Shown here: positions 52,288 to 64,000 of the stretch, one piece after another
Layout of the letters: every line of letters starts with the position of its first letter
How positions within the stretch are numbered: the stretch's first letter is position 1
Origin: Tubiluchus corallicola
Taxonomy: Eukaryota > Animalia > Priapulida
Direction of reading: 5' to 3'
NCBI GenBank assembly: GCA_030141605.1
Contig: JAQGDQ010001056.1
Span: 3,174 to 67,173 of the forward strand
DNA length: 64,000 bases
Notes under the pieces: model-generated
Databases searched by the model: none
Told to the model about the DNA's origin: nothing
What the model saw: the letters and a program-made list of their open reading frames with translations, nothing else
Translations under genes and position numbers: made by a program

Positions 52288-52684
52288 CAAGGCCTATTTC
52301 AGCCTAGGCGAGGCCCGGGGAAGTGAGGCGTGCGAGGCCCCATCGGGGGGGGGGGGGGGCGCTACCATGCTTGGCGCCCAGAAATTTTTTGAACTGCTAG
52401 AACGCCGGAGAAGCATTTTCGAAGAGAAAATATGGAATTATACAGTCGTTAAAGGAAAGAACAATTGAAAGAAAAACTGCTTTATTCTCAAGACCAGTCC
52501 TTAATACTTGTCAATACTGGCAAACGGCACGCGTGCGGCAAGAGAGAGAGAGGGAGAGGGAGAGAGGAGGCAGCATGTTCGCATAAAGCAAAAAAAGTGT
52601 TACCTTGGCGCGAGGCCCCCCTGGAGCGTGAGGCCCCGAGGAAGTATCCCCACTTCCCCCCTCCCCCGCTTGAAATAGGCCCTG
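52288..52684. mobile_element. hAT-type MITE
   Basis: TIR CAAGGCCTATTTCA/TGAAATAGGCCCTG; TSD tccagatt/tctaggtt; subterminal GAGGCCC motifs. Confidence 0.8.
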
Positions 52685-52869
52685 TCTAGGTTAAGCAGTT
52701 ATCAGTCCTAGAGGAAAAACGTAAAAGCATAATAACCAAATAGTTATAACACAACTTAACAATGCGCACATACGTTTATCACACATAGAGAGACAAAATG
52801 TACATTTATAGTAAAGGGTACATCACAGCTTGTATAAAAAGAAACTGTTTACAATATAAAAACAATGGT

Positions 52870-53530
52870 GATTTTTCTCCTTCAAAGTCTCATTCCATCT
52901 AATGTAGGCATTGGGATATCAACATTTATCAGAGTATTCCACCCCTTTTATCTGCAGCTAACAGCATAAGTTCTTCTACTCGTAAAAATAGATTTGGTTG
53001 AAGTTGTTGAACATCTTTGAGGCTGTTTTACTGGTACTTCACTTGGTAATCTTAGAAGATGTCCTAGCCATTTTAATCTTCGGATCTTGACTTTTGAACT
53101 CCAATAAATTTCTTTCGTTTGGGTGTATAAATCTTCATTTTTGATTATGTATGGCCATCTCATCTTTAAAATTTTCCTAAGAATACTTCTATGAAATGTG
53201 TTATTCTGCTTTTCTTGAGTAATCGTTAAACCCCAAGTTTCACAGTTGTGCATAAATATGCTGGTAACATAAGCATTAACTAATCGAAGTCTTCTGCTAA
53301 GACTTAATTTCTTTTTTTTAAATACATTCTTGCATTAAATAAAATCATGCATTGCTTGTTGCTTTCTACTTTTGATATCATCTTCGGTGCTTAGCAAAGT
53401 GCCCATGTACTTGCACTTTTTCCAAGACTGATTACCATAAGCCTTGCAATAATATGTTTTTCTGTTTTTGACTGGTTTACTTGAAGATTATTGTTTTAAT
53501 ATTAGATTAACTATTATTTTAAAGGCATAT
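52870..53530 (-). mobile_element. RTE-clade LINE 3' fragment
   Basis: ORF 52948-53253: HNCETWGL...FHRSILRKIL...KIRRLKWLGHLLRLP; upstream KCKYMG. Confidence 0.88.
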
Positions 53531-53614
53531 TAGAGGGTTCCAAGAGGGTTCGCAAAGAAAATTACGTTTATTATATTCCTACTCTCTGGGCTAGTCACTG
53601 ATTCGAAAGTAGAT

Positions 53615-53748
53615 GATACTGCTTTTTTATCATTTTGCATTTATTCTCCCTTGCAAAAACAATAAACGTATGTAAATTAGGTGATACTGCCTTTTATATC
53701 ATTTTGCATTTATTCTTTCCCACAAGAGTAATAAACGTATGTAAATTC
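53615..53748. repeat. ~68-bp tandem duplication
   Basis: gatactgc..tatcattttgcatttattct..aataaacgtatgtaaatt occurs twice. Confidence 0.85.
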
Positions 53749-54895
53749 ATCTAAAATGTGACAGTTCATTTGCCAGAATTTTGTAGAAACGGTCTACTTT
53801 ATTATTGAAAGTAAATATGCGTGTGAGCGAGAGAGGTGCTCAGTGCGTGCGTGCGTGAAGCTGCGGGTGACTGAGTGACTGAATGAGTACGCGAATAAAT
53901 GCACTGTTCGGAGATCTCACTAAAGACAGCATCGCCCTCATCTGTTTAAGTCGAATTTACAAATAAGTTTCTAACATCTTCGCCTGTCATTGAAGTAATG
54001 GATGCATGTGACAAAAATCAAGTTATTCTGCATACCAAAATGTCTACCAACAATTACAGATGTTTGCGCCAATTTTCGGCAACGCGTTGAAGACTGGAGG
54101 CCTAGATTTTGATACAGAAAAAGCTACAGCATCAGCAACAGATGCAACCTAACATCATCAATCACTCGTCAGAGATCGGCAAACGGTTTTAGCATCTAAA
54201 TCCGTAAGAAACATGCCGCAAGGATGGAGATGTTTTGTTCCACAAGATTTTAACAACTAAAAAAAGCTACGAAGACGCTAATTGTTGTCTTGAACTAGCT
54301 GTATACGTGTACCTAGTTTCTTGTTATTTTTGTTATGGGCTAGAAGTTTTACAATTTTCAATAATAAGTTTGCAGATGTTTAGAATTTAAGTATTCGACT
54401 CAGGGTGCCAACTCCAAGATGGCATGGCGGTCGTGATATTCTGCATCATGAAGATGCATTTTTGTATCGTGTGTAATATGTATAATTAATTTGTATAATT
54501 AATAATTTTGTATAATTGATTACTTAACTACAAATGTTAATTTTAATTATAAATGTTATGCTAATTAATTAAACTAATGTCTGTGAACTAATAGCATATA
54601 TCTGTTATAGCGTGTCATTTAACTCTCACAAAATAAGACACAAAAATTACACTGTACGGAGTTGATTACCAGCACTAATAAAAATAGGGAAACAAAATAC
54701 ACATGCACAAAAAAATAGCAAACTAAGTACGCCCGAGTTCCTGTGTCAGAAATCAGGGCTGTGGTGACCTCTACGTGTAGGCCCAAACAAGACGTCTGAA
54801 CCTACAAGAAAGGGGTGAGTCGCTGCTGACGTGGAAGCAGGGCGTGTAGAGGACCCTACACCTGACCCGACACAGATACCTCGTAACAATATGTT

Positions 54896-55152
54896 GATAA
54901 TGACGATGACGATGATGAGAAGGATGATGACGATGATAACGATGATGATGATGATGATGATGATGACGATGACGTTAATGACGATGACGATGATGATGAT
55001 GACAATGACGAGCAGGAGGAGGAGGAGCAGGAGGAAGAGGAGGATGGCGACGACGAAGAGGAGGCAGAGGAAAAGGGAGAGGAGGAGGATGATGAGCAGG
55101 AGGAGGAGGAGGGTGACGATTATGACGATGATGATGGCGATGATGATGACAG
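54896..55152. repeat. (GAT/GAC/GAG)n compound microsatellite
   Basis: Read directly. Confidence 0.95.
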
Positions 55153-55614
55153 TTGCTTAAAGTTGCTTCAGTAACTGGAACTATATAACCAAAATTCCAC
55201 ACACGATTAGTGGTAGGCTCTTTTCAGCAGTTTCGACACCCTGCAAAAACTGCACAGGCTTCTGATTTCAGCATTTACACTTTGTGCACATGCTTCTGCG
55301 AGGTCGACCGTAACTGTTCTCTTGTTAGTGTTTACTTTACAGCTAAGCAGGAATATCTGTTCGCTAATTTCATGATTTAGAGAAAGTGGTGTCATCTACA
55401 GTCTGATATTAAAATATTTATTTTCGTTTTTTTGATTGCGTGTTATCTTTCTAATTCGTCTATTTATAGGAGTTAGAAATTTCATGATTAAATGGATCCT
55501 TGAAGAACTACGTGTTTGGAAAGCAGAAGTGGCCAGTGTCTGCTACATAAATTACTACCAGACTTCAACTTCACGGTAGGAAGCATCTTATTTTCACAAT
55601 AAGCGACTTTTGTG

Positions 55615-55941
55615 ATGTGGATTAAGCGCATTTCTGCATTGTTAGTGTTGACGATTGGCTTCTGCCAAAGTCAGTGCCCAGCACGATGCAGCTGTGGTCA
55701 AAGAGACCCCATTGTTGTAGAATGCAGGCAAGCTGGACTAAGACAAATGCCATCTACTAGTGAGCTTCCGCCACTGACGTCAACGTTGGTGCTGATTGCA
55801 AATGAGATACCCGTGATTCAAAGTGACGCTCTAAGAGGCATGAGTCACCTGAAGAAGGTGAAGATATTTAATAGTGGTGTGACGACCATAGAACCCTATG
55901 CTTTTAGGGGCTTGGGCAGACTAAGTGAACTACAAATGCAG
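55615..55941 (+). CDS. LRR protein, coding exon 1 (signal peptide, LRRNT, first LRRs)
   Basis: MWIKRISALLVLTIGFCQS signal peptide; CPARCSC..VVEC LRRNT; LxLxxNxI repeats; donor CAG|GTATGA, phase 0. Confidence 0.92.
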
Positions 55942-56297
55942 GTATGAAAAGTCCGACTGGTATGTTGCCTTTTAATACTGTCAATGTCACGGATGAGCTT
56001 GTTCAATTACTATTTAGCAATTAATTAATTAATCTTACTTAATTAATGCTCAGTTGGCTAAAATCGTTGTTTAAATGGTTGTGTGCACGTCAATTTCCAG
56101 GTTGACGATTTTAAACGAACTTTTGATTCGTTTATAAGACCAAAAAGCTATAACACTTCTGGCAGAAGATTCTTAATGAAAAGAAGACCATATGGAAATC
56201 ATTTTTTTGTAAATGACTAAACGTAATGAATAGAACGGTCAAAATATTAGTTAGAAAATGCTGACGATGCTAAATGTAGTTGTTGTTCATTTCGAAG

Positions 56298-56442
56298 GGG
56301 AATAGCATTCGAATACTTGGAACGCATTCCATGGCCGAGCTAAAGGGCAAACTAGACGTCCATTTAGAAAATAACAGCATTGAGGTGATTCAATCGTACG
56401 CTTTTGATGGCAGCCACATTGATCGTCTGTACCTCTCTTCAA
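56298..56442 (+). CDS. LRR protein, coding exon 2 (absent from the ORF track)
   Basis: ttcgaag|GNSIRILGTHSMAELKGKLDVHLENNSIEVIQSYAFDGSHIDRLYLSS A|GTAAGT, ending in phase 1. Confidence 0.88.
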
Positions 56443-57354
56443 GTAAGTGAGCCTAGAATGGCTATTTTTTCATAAATCAAAGCTGGAAGTGACTGGGTGT
56501 TGCCTTATGTCATGAGTCAATTTAGTCACCATTCTGTGATGAGTCACTTACAGGATGAATCCCATGTGGGATGTAAGCAACCAGGTAAATCCTGCTCGAG
56601 TGAAACGTATAAACCTCTATTATCAAACAGGTTTTCAATACTCGTTGAGGTAGAATGATTCGTTCATAAACAGTTCGCAGTTTTTTGCATCATTTTCACC
56701 TTCAGCAAATTGTGTGTGTGTACTCACAGAAATCATCATTTATCATCATTCTTATCATCATTGATCAATCATAACTTCAATTTAGATTTAGAATTAGATT
56801 TTTTCTCACAAATAGCAAGGCACATTCAAACATACGAAACTATAATTACAAAATGGCATACCAAAAAAACTAATTGCATGCAATAGATGCTTTAAGGTGT
56901 GCTGAAAGACAATCTTGTAAGCACAACATTTATAGTGAAAAATGGTTAGGCAAGACAAGGCAGGGTATAAAATTAGGGTGTATATAGAAAAGAGTGCGAT
57001 TAGAGGTGCAGTTTAGTCAAGTGAGATAACTTGCTTTGGTCATTGTTATCATCAATACACGAGACAATAGTTCCGTGTGCATTGGGCAACACACATTTCC
57101 TTTCCTTTTACATTATTCATTATACACAAAACGATAATGATTGTTAAAATCACAATAGTGCATATTACTTTAGTGCTTACATATACAAATAAAGCTGTTA
57201 CGTATAAATTTTTATAATTGCGCGCTTTCTTACAAGTAAATAGTACAAATAGCCCAATGTAGAGAACAAATTCAAACCACCAAGAGAATTAGTTCTGCGA
57301 GGATGTGGCTTATTGTAGTGCTAGTGGGCAGCTGGTGCGAACCGTGTTAGGCTT

Positions 57355-58175
57355 TGTCACGGGAACATTCGGGTCACATGTACATTCCACAGGTCACAGT
57401 GTCACAGGTCACAACCTGGGCTGGCTTCGGTCTTGTCACGGGAATATTTGGGTCACATGTACATTCCACAGGTCACAGTGTCACAGGTAACAACCTGGGT
57501 CGGATTGGGCCTTGTCACGGGGATATTCGGGTCACTTGTATATTCCACAGGCTGCAGTCACAGGCCACAACCTGGGCCGGATTACGCGTTGTGATGGGAA
57601 CATTCAGGTCACTTGTATATTCCACAGGTCAAAGTCACAGGTCACAACTGCTTCAGATTGACCTTGTCATAGGAACATTCAGGTCACTTGCATATTTCAC
57701 AGGTCACAGTGTCACAGGTTATAACCTAGGCCAGATTGGGCGTTGTCACGGGGACATTCGGGTCGCTTGTATATTCCACAGGTCACAGGTCACAACCTAG
57801 GCCAGATTGGGCGTTGTCACGGGGACATTCGGGTCGCTTGTATATTCCACAGGTCACAGTGTCACAGGTCACAACCTAGGCCAGATTGGGCGTTGTCACG
57901 GGGACATTCGGGTCGCTTGTATATTCCACAGGTCAAAGTCACAGGTCACAACTGCTTCAGATTGGCCTTGTCATAGGAACATTCAGGTCAGTTGTATATT
58001 CCACAGGTCACTGTGTTACAGGTCACAACCTGGGCCGGATTGGGCGTTGTCCCGGGAAAAACTTGGGTCACTTGCATATTTCACAGGTCACAGTGTCACA
58101 GGTCACAACCTGGGCTGGGTTGGGCGTTGTCACTGGAACATTCAGGTCACGTGTATATTCCACAGGTCACAACCT
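57355..58175. repeat. Intronic ~79-bp minisatellite, ~10 copies
   Basis: Unit gtcacggggacattcgggtcgcttgtatattccacaggtcacagtgtcacaggtcacaacctaggccagattgggcgtt. Confidence 0.95.
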
Positions 58176-58372
58176 ATTCAAATTGAATAGAGTAACTCCT
58201 GTCGTCCATTTACAGATGAGCGATAAAATAGAAAACGTTTAGTATAACTAATGATATTTGCGACACGAGCTTGAATGTTCTTCCAGCTTTATAAAATCAA
58301 TTAGTTTACAGCTAACTAGTAATTAATAATAATTAAACAATCAGTAATTAAGTTGTTAATTGAATATTTCAG

Positions 58373-58563
58373 GCAACAAGATAACAACGATTCAAAAATA
58401 TGCTTTTGCTAATTTGAGAGTGAAGTATTTAGATATGACGTTGCCACACTTGAAGAACTTGGAATCATTGTCCTTTTACCAGATGAACAACGTTGAACGC
58501 TTCAGTTTGAATGATTTAGATATAGATGTTCTACCAACTAACACATTCCACAGCATATATAGG
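58373..58563 (+). CDS. LRR protein, coding exon 3
   Basis: tttcag|GC NKITTIQKYAFANLRVKYLD...TFHSIYR|GTAATG; phase matches exon 2. Confidence 0.88.
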
Positions 58564-58999
58564 GTAATGTAAAACTTTGGGTGATAATTCAGGCGATGTT
58601 CTTCTTAAGCGTAAGCTAAAGTCAGATTTCTCGTGTAGTAGAGCTTATTATAATAATTTGAGAAAATATTAAAAAGCTTTAACAGTAAAATCGTGATATT
58701 TTACTCGTCTAATTAGTAAAATCAATTTAAAGTCGGGATGATTCGTGCTTGGACTCTCCCACTTTGAACAAAATTATCGTCATCCGGTTAAAATATGAAC
58801 AAATATCGTGCCAGGTGCTTAAGCAAAATTTTTGCAGTTTTAGTTACTACTGTATTATCGACTGCAAGCAATATAACACGCTAAACAAAAGATTGTTAAT
58901 ACTATTTATGATGAATCCCATTATTCACTATGTCACCAAAACCAGCTACCGACGATAATAGTAACTTCCAACTCGGCAGTAACAGAAGAATTATTTTAA

Positions 59000-59607
59000 C
59001 CCTTATAGGGTCACCGGGGGGTAAAAAATTACCCCCAGACCGGTTTTTTGCATTTTAGCCTTTTACCATACGCATCCCAGTAAACCTTTCCTATGACTTT
59101 TTCTAAATATGTTTTGTGCACAAAATACTTTCAGTTATTTATTCTAGGCGCATTGTCTCACCACGAAATAAAAGTGAATATGCAATATGTCGATTTTTTA
59201 ACATTGTCGAAACTTTACTTCGCTTGTCTATACATTATTGTTTTGTGGCCATGTCAGTTGCTCAAATTACTCCACCTAAAAGAAGTATGTAGTAGACAAT
59301 AAATTCAAAATAACAATGATTTTTGCACACGCGCTAGCAATGTCGGTTGTCTACAGTTATTCCAGCATAGATAAGGGAACGTAACTAAGTGAATTTAAAT
59401 TTCGTATTACTAGTAAGTCACATGTCTTTAAGCAGAGGTATAATGTATCCTATGGTGGTCAGCATAACCACAAATTATGCTGTTGCTGTTTACTAATGAA
59501 ACACGGCGGTTTATCAAAAGTAATTTACGAATTGTGGTGGGGGTAATTTTTTACCGCCCCCCCCCGGTTACCAAAATCGGTTGTAAAAAATCGTGACCCT
59601 ATAAGGG
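59000..59607. mobile_element. piggyBac-type MITE in LRR intron 3
   Basis: Perfect 15-bp TIR CCCTTATAGGGTCAC with TTAA TSD (58996-58999, 59608-59611). Confidence 0.92.
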
Positions 59608-60402
59608 TTAACAAGCTAAAATTGACGTCTATAAGCTAAGAACCTGGGCGGTATTTACTTTATGTTCGCAGCTTCGCAGAATTCCATTCTCATCTGAAAT
59701 TATATTATAGGTAGTACTTACGAAATTTATTGTATAACACTGTGGAGTTAAGCTATGTAAGCATTTTAAAGTTGTTGCTGATTGATGCGACGACAATTTT
59801 TTTCAAAAATACGCTTAAACACAAAGATTTAATCAGTTAGAATAACAGCATTTCTGAGTGAACTTCAGAAGCTTTGTTATGCGTGCCTTCGTGCTGTCCA
59901 CCAGTTTACGTCATTTTTTAAACATGTCCGCATAGAGGTTCTCTTGGCAGGAGATGCGAATGATTTAAATTTCCTTTGTATTTTTAAGCAATGCATTTTA
60001 TGTGGATATATTATTCGGTAATTTCAATATTTTTCAAGTGTATATTAAAATACAATGAATATTGTTCGAGCGTTGTTCTTCCCTATAAACGCAAAGCTAT
60101 CACTGGTGGTGAACTTTTGGAAGGGTACAACCTACAGTTACTACACGTAGTAGGCTGACTAGACGTCTGGCTAGTATGAGATCTTGCAAAAGCTAACGTT
60201 CAATCGATAATGATTCTATATGCATTCTGTGAAGTATTTATTACCAAAACTCTAAACTGTAAGAAAGATCATTAAATTAGATTGTGTAATAGTTTTAAAA
60301 TACGCTGCCTCAAATAAAGGAAACCTACAAACGAAAATCGTATTTAAATAATTGTGTCGTTTAGAAATGCTCTTAGTAAATGAGTTTAATTTTATATTTC
60401 AG

Positions 60403-60546
60403 ATAAACAAGTTATTTATTTTGGACGGCAACATTGGCATCATACAACCAAGAACTTTTGAAAATGCCAGTATCATAACAAATTTTAAATTCAGCAATAT
60501 GACCATAGGAACTCTCTCCACAGATTCGTTCTACAACATCAGTCAG
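60403..60546 (+). CDS. LRR protein, coding exon 4
   Basis: tttcag|INKLFILDGNIGIIQPRTFE...SFYNISQ|GTAAAA; 144 nt, phase 0-0. Confidence 0.88.
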
Positions 60547-60794
60547 GTAAAAGTGAAATTAGTTTTCTAATCTGGTTTACCAAACCTCACCAACAATATC
60601 TACTACTAGTAGTAGCTACTAATATACTGGTAGCTAAGGTTATGACTTAATACCTATGGAGTAGTAGTATGGTGGTATTTATTCAGACCTTTAGCTTATC
60701 TAATAAGAAGAATATGGCGTGCTAAAGGTGTAATTCAAAGATAACAATCAGTTTAGAGTTTCACCTAACTGAATAAATGGCTGTTTAAACTTAA

Positions 60795-61110
60795 TAAAAG
60801 GTTTTTATAGTTAAAAACAGCACAACTTTATTAAAAACTTTTACATTAAAAACTTAAAATCATGCCAAACGTTTCGACTAGCTGCTGCTCTCATCACCAG
60901 TGGTAAATTTACAAACATACAAGCAGTTTCTATAGGCAGAGCCTATTATGCACTAATTAAGCCAATATAAACTGGTTGTACGTTTGTAAATTTACTAATG
61001 AGGAGGAAAGCAGCAGCTAGTCGAAACGTTTGGCATGATTTTAACTTTTAATTTTTTTAATGTAAAAGTTTTTAATAAAGTTGTGTTGTTTTTGACTATA
61101 AATGTTTTTA
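60795..61110. mobile_element. Inverted pair of Penelope-like LTR fragments with degenerate hammerhead motifs
   Basis: ~140-bp inverted arms, each reading (c)TGnnGA..agcagcagctagtcGAAACGTTTGG followed by AATAAA. Confidence 0.65.
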
Positions 61111-61256
61111 CGTGCCAGTAATAATAAAAGCTGTTTGCACAAATAAATATACAAAATCAAGCAAATAAATTTGGTCCAAAACAGTAAGTCCTGTAGGTAA
61201 AGGAAAAGTAGTTTACTACTCTTTATGTGTCAACATTATTATTTTCATCTTCCTAG

Positions 61257-61664
61257 GTTAGTCTTTTCATCGTGTCAGATTGTCACTTAGACACGGTACA
61301 AGATTATGCGTTTAGAGGACCCACCGACGTCCGAATTTCCCAAATAAAAGGGAACACCATCGGAAGCATGCAGGAGAGTTCGATTGTGGGCGTCCCACAC
61401 ATCAGTTCATTTCATTCAAACTACCTGCGCTGCGACTGTTCACTGAAGCCACTTTATGAAGAAGCCATGGCCGAGGTGAATCTCCCAATAATCGAAAAGA
61501 GCTACTGTAGTTCTCCGCCATCGCTGCAGAATAAGAGCGTAAGTGCCGCAGTTGATGGTGGAGAGATTCTTCAATGTGCTTCTGCAGAGACATCTAACGG
61601 CAAGAAAAGTTTTGTTCTCGGACTTTATCTGGTAACACTTGTCTATGAGAAATTACATGTTTAG
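61257..61664 (+). CDS. LRR protein, last coding exon (LRRCT and hydrophobic C-terminus)
   Basis: ttcctag|VSLFIV...NYLRCDCSLKPL...YCSSPPSLQNKSV...LQC (LRRCT), then SAETSNGKKSFVLGLYLVTLVYEKLHV*. Confidence 0.92.
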   Translation, partial: VSLFIVSDCHLDTVQDYAFRGPTDVRISQIKGNTIGSMQESSIVGVPHISSFHSNYLRCDCSLKPLYEEAMAEVNLPIIEKSYCSSPPSLQNKSVSAAVDGGEILQCASAETSNGKKSFVLGLYLVTLVYEKLHV

Positions 61665-61893
61665 ACGCGCTTTAAAATTTAATGAATTGTATGTACGTTA
61701 AAAATCCAATTAAATGCGCTTGTTTTACTTCATTGTTTTTGAAACTGCGAAACTGTATTAGTTATTATCATCATCGTCCTCGTCGTCGTCGTTGTCGTCA
61801 TCATCATCATCAACATCAACATGTATTTAAATAAAACAATAAAAATGCACATAATGAACTTTGTGTGTGTCTAATATATAGATGTGTTATCTA

Positions 61894-62016
<123 letters not shown>

Positions 62017-63816
62017 GATCACTTTAAAGGTTATGACTGGACGCTATACATAGACCTACAGAAGTTATGAAGCAGTTGTTTTCAAACGTCACAAAACCAC
62101 TTTACAATCATGCACATGTATTTACGAGAGAAACGCTTAGAAAAGCTCCAAGTTCCTCCTACCTGTAGCTCATACTGTCAAAACAAGAAAGTGAAGGCGG
62201 CGAGCTAAGTCGTCTTATTTCCACTGTCTTAACGTCTCCATCTGCTTGATCATTTCCTCTGTCCAAGGATGGAACTGATAGTCTTGAGCGGCTAAAGAAG
62301 AAAAAAGCGCTGGGCTTTAGTAATCAGACAGTCACTATGGAGCAACTACAGATTTCTTCGTGTAAAAACGACTTGATTATGTTTAACACCTGTAGTTCTC
62401 TTTGTGTACTACATTTAAACTCCACAACATCAAATATGTTTAATATGCAGCAATTGTCGTTTTATCTGTAATAATAAATTACAGCATAAGTTTTTAGCGA
62501 AAAACATAAGTTTGATAAAGGTACATTACTAAATTAGGTTACGTGATTTTTGCCTATAATTATACAAAAAAAATAACAGCGAAATAGTCCTAATTGCATA
62601 AAGCAGTTCAATAAACATAATTAGACACTTACATGTGGTCTCCCTGAATTTCTGCTCTTATAACTTGCAAAAAAACAATAGAAATCAATTCACAACATTC
62701 ACATCATATCAACTGTCTATCTGGCCAACTACCTGGTCACATGACTGATGACAGTTAAAGGGGCAAGACCAAATTTAACAGGTAGGGAAACGTGTATGTG
62801 CATAACACTTTGATTGTTTTTTATATATCAATTTTTTATCACTTTAACTGATGAACGACCAGTAAATGGCGGACTTCTATTTCTCGAGGAGGAAAAACGT
62901 TGAGTGAATGTAGATAATTCAGACTGTTTGGATAGCTAATCTGATCGGTGATTACAAATGCCTAATTTTATATTACCAAACAATTTTAAAATAATGGATC
63001 GCATGCTGAAAATTTACAGGACTGAAAGGAATGTCTGAGATTGATCAATTATGACATTTTTCACAAGTTCTTGACCTGGCAGAAAGACCCCAAATCAGAG
63101 TCTGATCGATATTTAAAGGATTTTGAAACATTATCTCTGACATTTAAAACAAAGCCAAGAGGGCGGATTGAAAACTAAACTTTTTAACAAAGCGATTGAC
63201 GATCATTAATCGATAATCAATAAAAATCTCCTAAAACACCAAAAATTGACTTGTGGTGAATAAATCAGAATTTCAGAAAATTACAACAGTATTCTATAAA
63301 ATTACTTATCAATAAATAAAGAAAGGCGTCCATGGACAATTTACAGGTATTTTTTAAATGATTAGTACTAAATATACACAATAAAACAATCACAGTATAG
63401 AATCACTGGTCGATATTATTCTGGGCAGATTTGTTGAAATATTCTCAACTGATTATTATAGAACTTCATAAATGCCACACTATCAGTCTCTGCCCAACTG
63501 GATGCAAGTAATTGATCCAAAAAATCGTCAGAATAAGTCAACTCTGCCCATTTCTTGTTCAAAAGGTATGTTCATTAGCCGAACTGAAGAAATGGCGGTC
63601 ATCTTGGAATTTCGAATCTTTAACTCACGTTTTTTCATGAAAAAGAGACTCCAGTTGATTATTCAGGACAAATTTGATGCTTTCATTGCAATTACCCACA
63701 GCAAGAGTACAGAAAAACCCATTGCCAAATTAATTTAATCAAATGAAATTACCAAATGCTGCAATATTTTGACCATTGCTTTAGAGATGAGTCACTGATA
63801 TGACTACTTACCAGGA

Positions 63817-64000
63817 CTAGATTACCCTATAGGCTGGTATAGGCTGCTTGAGGGGCCCTGCTAAAAGATTTTAATTTTTTATTATGATTACTTACTCGGG
63901 CTAGATTCCCCTGTAGGCTAGTATAGGCTGCTTGAGGGGCCCTGCTAAAAGATTTTAAATTTTTTATTATGATTACTAACTCGGGCTAGATTCCCCTATA
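63817..64000. repeat. ~84-bp tandem repeat running off the window edge
   Basis: ctagatt.ccct.taggct.gtataggctgcttgaggggccctgctaaaagatttt... at 63817, 63901 and 63986. Confidence 0.9.

Noticed and set aside
54758-54800. Second HDV-like ribozyme (acc tctacgt g..ggccc)
   Set aside because: P3 does not close, and no P1.1 GG or J4/2 could be placed.
57305-58242. Overlapping ORFs with repeated VTGHNLG / CHGDIRV peptides
   Set aside because: Translations of the intronic 79-bp repeat; the period is not a multiple of 3, so the same peptides rotate through all frames.

Overview
This is AT-rich, repeat-dense eukaryotic DNA, most consistent with an invertebrate animal (spliced GT-AG genes, LINE and MITE debris, long trinucleotide microsatellites). 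It is not prokaryotic, and most listed ORFs are microsatellite or tandem-repeat artefacts. One complete gene can be assembled by eye: a 5-coding-exon, ~404-aa leucine-rich-repeat protein on + (55615-61664) with signal peptide, LRRNT, LRRs, LRRCT and a hydrophobic tail. Probable 5' coding exons of minus-strand gene(s) lie at 16979-17724 and 44976-45080. The rest is mobile DNA: TTAA/AG-ended Kolobok (T2-like) MITEs, piggyBac, hAT and PIF/Harbinger MITEs, RTE, CR1/L2 and zinc-knuckle LINE fragments, two solo LTRs and several minisatellites. The most interesting signals are (1) an HDV-like ribozyme fold at 22879-23057 in a GC-rich retroelement-like island, (2) a hAT MITE whose interior is a ~22-copy 63-bp satellite, (3) an inverted pair of degenerate Penelope-type hammerheads in an intron, (4) a solo LTR with a perfect heat-shock element, and (5) a minisatellite of RFX X-boxes. 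All family assignments come from motif recognition by eye; no database searches or folding programs were run.
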